64,000 nucleotides of DNA from Acidobacteriota bacterium. Its GTDB lineage: Bacteria > Acidobacteriota > UBA6911 > RPQK01 > JAJDTT01. Under the pieces are notes generated by a model, which was not told where the DNA came from, ran no database searches, and saw nothing but the letters and a program-made list of their open reading frames with translations. Where the stretch lies: assembly GCA_965263035.1 (NCBI GenBank), contig OZ253580.1, positions 2,784,001 to 2,848,000 of the forward strand. The letters run 5' to 3'. This document shows, in pieces, positions 60,295 to 64,000 of the stretch (positions within the stretch are counted from its first letter, which is position 1; the number at the start of each line of letters is the position of its first letter). The position numbers and the translations under genes were made by a program.

Positions 60295-61722
60295 CTATTT
60301 CCCGATGCAGAAAGAGCCGAAAATCTGTCCCAGCAGGTCTTCCACGGTTGTCTCGCCCGTCACCGCGTCCAGTTCGGTCAAGGCTCCCCGCAGGTGGTAC
60401 AGCGGGAATTCTTCGCTCAGACCGTCCCGATAGGCATCCATTCCCTCACCGAGCATCTGCCGGGCACGCTGCAGACACTCCTTGTGTCGGATGTCGGTGA
60501 TCACTACGCGTTCCCGCTCCCAGTCGCTGTCAGGCGCCACGGCCTCCCGGATAGCCCGCCTGAGGGTGTCCATCCCCTGACCTGTCAACGCCGAAACGTC
60601 GGACCTGCTGCGAGCGCCGGACTCCAATTCGGAAGGGATTCGAACTGCGGCCTCCAGGTCCACCTTGTTCACCACCAGCAGATAGGGCTTGCCCTTGAGC
60701 TCCGACCAGATTCTGGCGTCCTCCGCGGAGAAGTCTCGGCTGCGATCGACCACGAACAAGGTCAAGTCCGACGCGCCGACGTAGTCCAATGATTTCCGGA
60801 CACCGAGCCGCTCCACCGGGCTTCTCGCTCTTCGGATTCCAGCCGTATCCACCAGCTGCATCGGGATGCCCTCCAGATCCACAGCTTGGTCTATGGCGTC
60901 TCTGGTGGTACCGGCGACCGAACTGACGATAGCCCTTTCTGTTCTACATAAACAATTGAAAATACTAGACTTACCAGCATTTGTCCTGCCGGCGATGGTG
61001 GCCACGAACCCGTCTCTGAGAACCCGTCCGACGCGAAAGGATTCCTCCAGTTCGCCGATGCGGCCGGCGATCCGTCGCAAGTCCCGTAGCAATTTGTCCC
61101 GGCTGTCGGGTTCCACGGGATCTTCGACGAATTCCAATCCCGTTTCCAGGTGGGAGACAACCCGCACCAGGCTCTCCTTCACCGAGCGGAGCGCCCGGGA
61201 CAACTTGCCGTCCAATTGGTCCCGGGCGACGCGCGCCTGGTGCGCGGTCTGGCTTCGGATCAGATCGCGGACCGCCTCTGCCTGGGCCAGATCCATCTTC
61301 CCGTTGAGAAACGCTCGCAGCGTAAATTCCCCCGGTTCAGCCAGGCGGGCGCCCACTTCCAGGAGGCCATCCACGATCTGCGCCTCTACCGCAGGGCTTC
61401 CATGGCAGGAAATCTCCACGACGTCCTCCCCGGTGTAGGAGGCCGGTGCCGCGAAAAACGTCACCAGCACCTGGTCGATTCGATTCCCGCCTCGGTCCAG
61501 AAAGTCCGTCAAAGACGAATGTCGGGGTTTCCAAGCTCGGCGGAGGGAGGGAGGAAGCCGCCGGCCCACCAGACTCCGGCTGGACGGACCGCTGACGCGA
61601 ATCACCTTGACGGCTCCGCGCCCCGGCGGCGTGGCGGCCGCAACTATGGTTTCACCGTAGGAGTCTGTGGCGTCAGGAGGTTGCGTAGATGATGACGCGC
61701 CGATTGGATCCCGTGCCTTCAC
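60295..61722 (-). CDS. mnmE: tRNA modification GTPase
   Basis: SYTGED, GEFTLRAFLNGK, GRTNAGKSS, DTAG, NKVD and FCIGK motifs; exact start uncertain. Confidence 0.95.
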   Translation of the reverse strand: MKARDPIGASSSTQPPDATDSYGETIVAAATPPGRGAVKVIRVSGPSSRSLVGRRLPPSLRRAWKPRHSSLTDFLDRGGNRIDQVLVTFFAAPASYTGEDVVEISCHGSPAVEAQIVDGLLEVGARLAEPGEFTLRAFLNGKMDLAQAEAVRDLIRSQTAHQARVARDQLDGKLSRALRSVKESLVRVVSHLETGLEFVEDPVEPDSRDKLLRDLRRIAGRIGELEESFRVGRVLRDGFVATIAGRTNAGKSSIFNCLCRTERAIVSSVAGTTRDAIDQAVDLEGIPMQLVDTAGIRRARSPVERLGVRKSLDYVGASDLTLFVVDRSRDFSAEDARIWSELKGKPYLLVVNKVDLEAAVRIPSELESGARSRSDVSALTGQGMDTLRRAIREAVAPDSDWERERVVITDIRHKECLQRARQMLGEGMDAYRDGLSEEFPLYHLRGALTELDAVTGETTVEDLLGQIFGSFCIGK

Positions 61723-62251
61723 TTTCAGTCCGAACTCCGGGCTCGTCGGCCAAGCTCAAATGAATGATTCTCCGCTCGGCCGACGGCAGAGACTGGAGCA
61801 CGAACTCCCGGCCGGTGAGCCGCACCTGCTCCGCGGCCTTTCCCGCCAGCAGCCTCAACTCCCCGTCCCGATCCGTGCGGTAACCATTGCAATCGACCCA
61901 AAAGTTACAGCCTGTCAGAGACTTGCGGTAGTAGATCTGGTTCAGAAGATGATTCACCGCGTAGAGGAAACGGGCGTTGTTGGCCAGGACCACCTCGCTG
62001 TCGTGTCCGCTGAGGCGAAAACTGATCAGGTCGCCATCGAGACTTGATTCGAAGGAGAGGTCCAGCCCCATCCCCTCCAACAAGTTCATCAGAAACACCT
62101 CCGAGCTGGCCAGGATCTCACCATTGTCAACCTTTGGCTGAACCTTCCACCGCCGTCCCGATCCGCTACGATCTCGAGGCTGGCGCCAGCTCTCCCGGCG
62201 ACGCCCGGATTGGCCTCCGGACGGAGGTTTCCAGGGCCGGGACTCCATCAC
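61673..62251 (-). CDS. jag: Jag/KhpB RNA-binding protein (KH plus R3H, N-terminal Jag domain not evident)
   Basis: ERRIIHLSL...V.TESEG.G..RRVII R3H motif; position between yidC and mnmE. Confidence 0.85.
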   Translation of the reverse strand: MMESRPWKPPSGGQSGRRRESWRQPRDRSGSGRRWKVQPKVDNGEILASSEVFLMNLLEGMGLDLSFESSLDGDLISFRLSGHDSEVVLANNARFLYAVNHLLNQIYYRKSLTGCNFWVDCNGYRTDRDGELRLLAGKAAEQVRLTGREFVLQSLPSAERRIIHLSLADEPGVRTESEGTGSNRRVIIYATS

Positions 62252-63954
62252 TTCTTCCTGGTTTTCTTGGGGAGGGACTTACGCTTCGGGGCCAACTCAG
62301 GCTTCCATCTCTGCATCAAAACCTGGAACATCATAGCAAAGAGGTTGCTGAACAGAAAGTAGACCACCAAGCCACTGGACAGGTTCAAGAAGAAGAACGT
62401 GAAGACTACCGGCAACAGCATCATCATGCGCTTCTGCATCGGATCTCCGGCCGCAGGCGTCATCTTCTGTTGGACCACCATGCTCACCCCCATGACGATG
62501 GGGGTGATGTAGTACGGGTCGTGCCTCGAGAGATCCTGTATCCAGGCCACAAACGGCGCGGCTCGCAATTCGATGGAGGAATCCAGCATTCGGAAAAAGG
62601 CGAAAAGAAAGGGCATCTGGATCACCAGCGGCAGACACCCGCCCAAAGGATTCACACCCTGCTCCTTGTACAAACCCATCATTTCTGAGTTCATCCGCTG
62701 GCGTCTGGGGTCGCTCCGCTTCATCCTCTTGTACCGATCCTGGATGGAGCGGATCTTGGGTTGAAGCTGGGACATTTTCTTCATGGACGCGATCTGCTTG
62801 TAGCGCAGGGGGAAAAGAGCCAGATTGATGAGGAAGGTGAGAATGATGATGGCGACGCCGTAATTCCCCACATAGGCATAGGTCAGCTTCAGGCAATAGA
62901 GCAGGGGCTTCACCAGAACGTCGAACCAGCCGTAGTCGATGATGCCGCCCAAGAATGGGTCGGCAAAAGCCAACTCCTCTTGATCCTTGGGCCCCAGAAA
63001 CAAGGTGTACCGAGCCGTGCCCCTGAATTCTGCTTCTCCCAACACCAGCGGCGTCTCTTCCGACTCGCCGCCATCCCTCCCCGGCCACAAGACCGCCGAC
63101 AGACGCGCCGCGCGGATCTCGTCGGGCGCGATCACGACGCAGGTAAAATACTTGCTGTCGACAGCTACCCAGCGAGCAGACGTCTCGATCCGGTGGGCTC
63201 CGTCGGCCAGATCGGAAGCGTCGTACTTTTCCACCGAGCCCGCCGCGTAGTAGGCAACGCCGGGACTCAAAAAATCCGTAGAGGTGCCTCCCTCCGCGTC
63301 CGCCTGCCCGATGCCCGGCCCCAGCAGGACCGAATAAGCTGCCGGTCTTCCCCCGAGCTCGACCCGTGTCCGGACGTCCAATGTATGGCCCGATTGAGGA
63401 ATGCTGATCTCTTCTTCAACCAGGAGGCCCTGGCTCCGGTAGCTGAACGCAATCTGCGCAGGCGCCTGCACCCTGCCGGCCGCCGCTCCCGCGACCTCGA
63501 ACGGTGAGGTGGAAAGCTCCAGGTCCAGATCTTCATCGTCCAGGCGCAGTTGCATGGGTCTGGGAAGTGTCTCGGAGAGGCCCTGCACCAACAGTTCCAC
63601 CGGTTCGCCGGACTCATCCGTGTACCGTTTGAGGTGCACGCTCTTCAGGCGGGCGCCGGTGCTGCTCCAGGTCAGCACCATATCGTCGTTCTCGACCTGA
63701 ATCTTGCGATCCTGCCCCTGGGTTGGGCTCAAGGCCTCGCTGCTCCCGGGCCGCTCCTGGAATATGCGCTCCTGGAATATGCGCTCCTGGGAGGGCTCGG
63801 GATCGATACTTTTTTCCTCGACCCGCTGCTCCTCAGATGTTTCCACGACCGGTGGCGCCGGGGATGGCCCAAGCCGCTGGTAAAGGAAGGGAATCAACAG
63901 CAGGACGGCCATGGAAAGAAGCATCGCCATAAGGAGGCGCTTCTCCATGTCCAT
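62248..63954 (-). CDS. yidC: membrane protein insertase
   Basis: DYGWF, NYGVAII, GGCLPLVIQMP and WIQDLS..DPY motifs; start MDMEKR (63954 or 63948). Confidence 0.95.
   Translation of the reverse strand: MDMEKRLLMAMLLSMAVLLLIPFLYQRLGPSPAPPVVETSEEQRVEEKSIDPEPSQERIFQERIFQERPGSSEALSPTQGQDRKIQVENDDMVLTWSSTGARLKSVHLKRYTDESGEPVELLVQGLSETLPRPMQLRLDDEDLDLELSTSPFEVAGAAAGRVQAPAQIAFSYRSQGLLVEEEISIPQSGHTLDVRTRVELGGRPAAYSVLLGPGIGQADAEGGTSTDFLSPGVAYYAAGSVEKYDASDLADGAHRIETSARWVAVDSKYFTCVVIAPDEIRAARLSAVLWPGRDGGESEETPLVLGEAEFRGTARYTLFLGPKDQEELAFADPFLGGIIDYGWFDVLVKPLLYCLKLTYAYVGNYGVAIIILTFLINLALFPLRYKQIASMKKMSQLQPKIRSIQDRYKRMKRSDPRRQRMNSEMMGLYKEQGVNPLGGCLPLVIQMPFLFAFFRMLDSSIELRAAPFVAWIQDLSRHDPYYITPIVMGVSMVVQQKMTPAAGDPMQKRMMMLLPVVFTFFFLNLSSGLVVYFLFSNLFAMMFQVLMQRWKPELAPKRKSLPKKTRKK
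63752..63790. repeat. 15-bp tandem repeat x2.6 in yidC (QERIF-QERIF-QER)
   Basis: CGCTCCTGGAATATG repeated exactly. Confidence 0.9.
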
Positions 63955-64000
63955 CTGTTCCGGTCCGTGACCACCCAGCATCGCCTACTACAATCCACGA

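Noticed and set aside
58410-64000. oriC within the window
   Set aside because: No cluster of TTATCCACA boxes or intergenic AT-rich unwinding element was spotted

Overview
GC-rich (roughly 60-65% by eye) bacterial chromosomal segment. Acidobacteriota is likely (acidobacterial-type VWA protein, DUF1844, gene order); this is inference. The window appears origin-proximal: yidC-jag-mnmE converge on mnmG-rsmG-parS-parA-parB. Most of it is housekeeping: gltX-pdxJ-rsmI, argCDB, gatCA, ribF, mazG, rng, mreBCD-mrdA-rodA, glmS, suf operon, moaC/moeA, methylmalonyl-CoA mutase. The first 17 kb is more accessory: catabolic enzymes, NHL and ankyrin proteins, a large SRP RNA and an IS630. Main unexplained signals: (1) an ARG-box-preceded arginine operon whose first gene is a DUF1611/DgcN-like P-loop protein where argA/argJ would be expected; (2) two families of ~160-bp non-autonomous palindromic elements (six copies of one; one full and two 38-bp mini copies of the other) sharing an ERIC-like central core, some read in frame into host proteins and some sitting on TAG stop codons; (3) a dehydrogenase gene bracketed by a 98-bp duplication that forms a translationally coupled leader ORF; (4) a G7 homopolymer frameshift in a Tat-exported hydrolase; (5) an unexplained long hairpin upstream of tRNA-Leu. 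All family assignments are by motif recognition, not database search.
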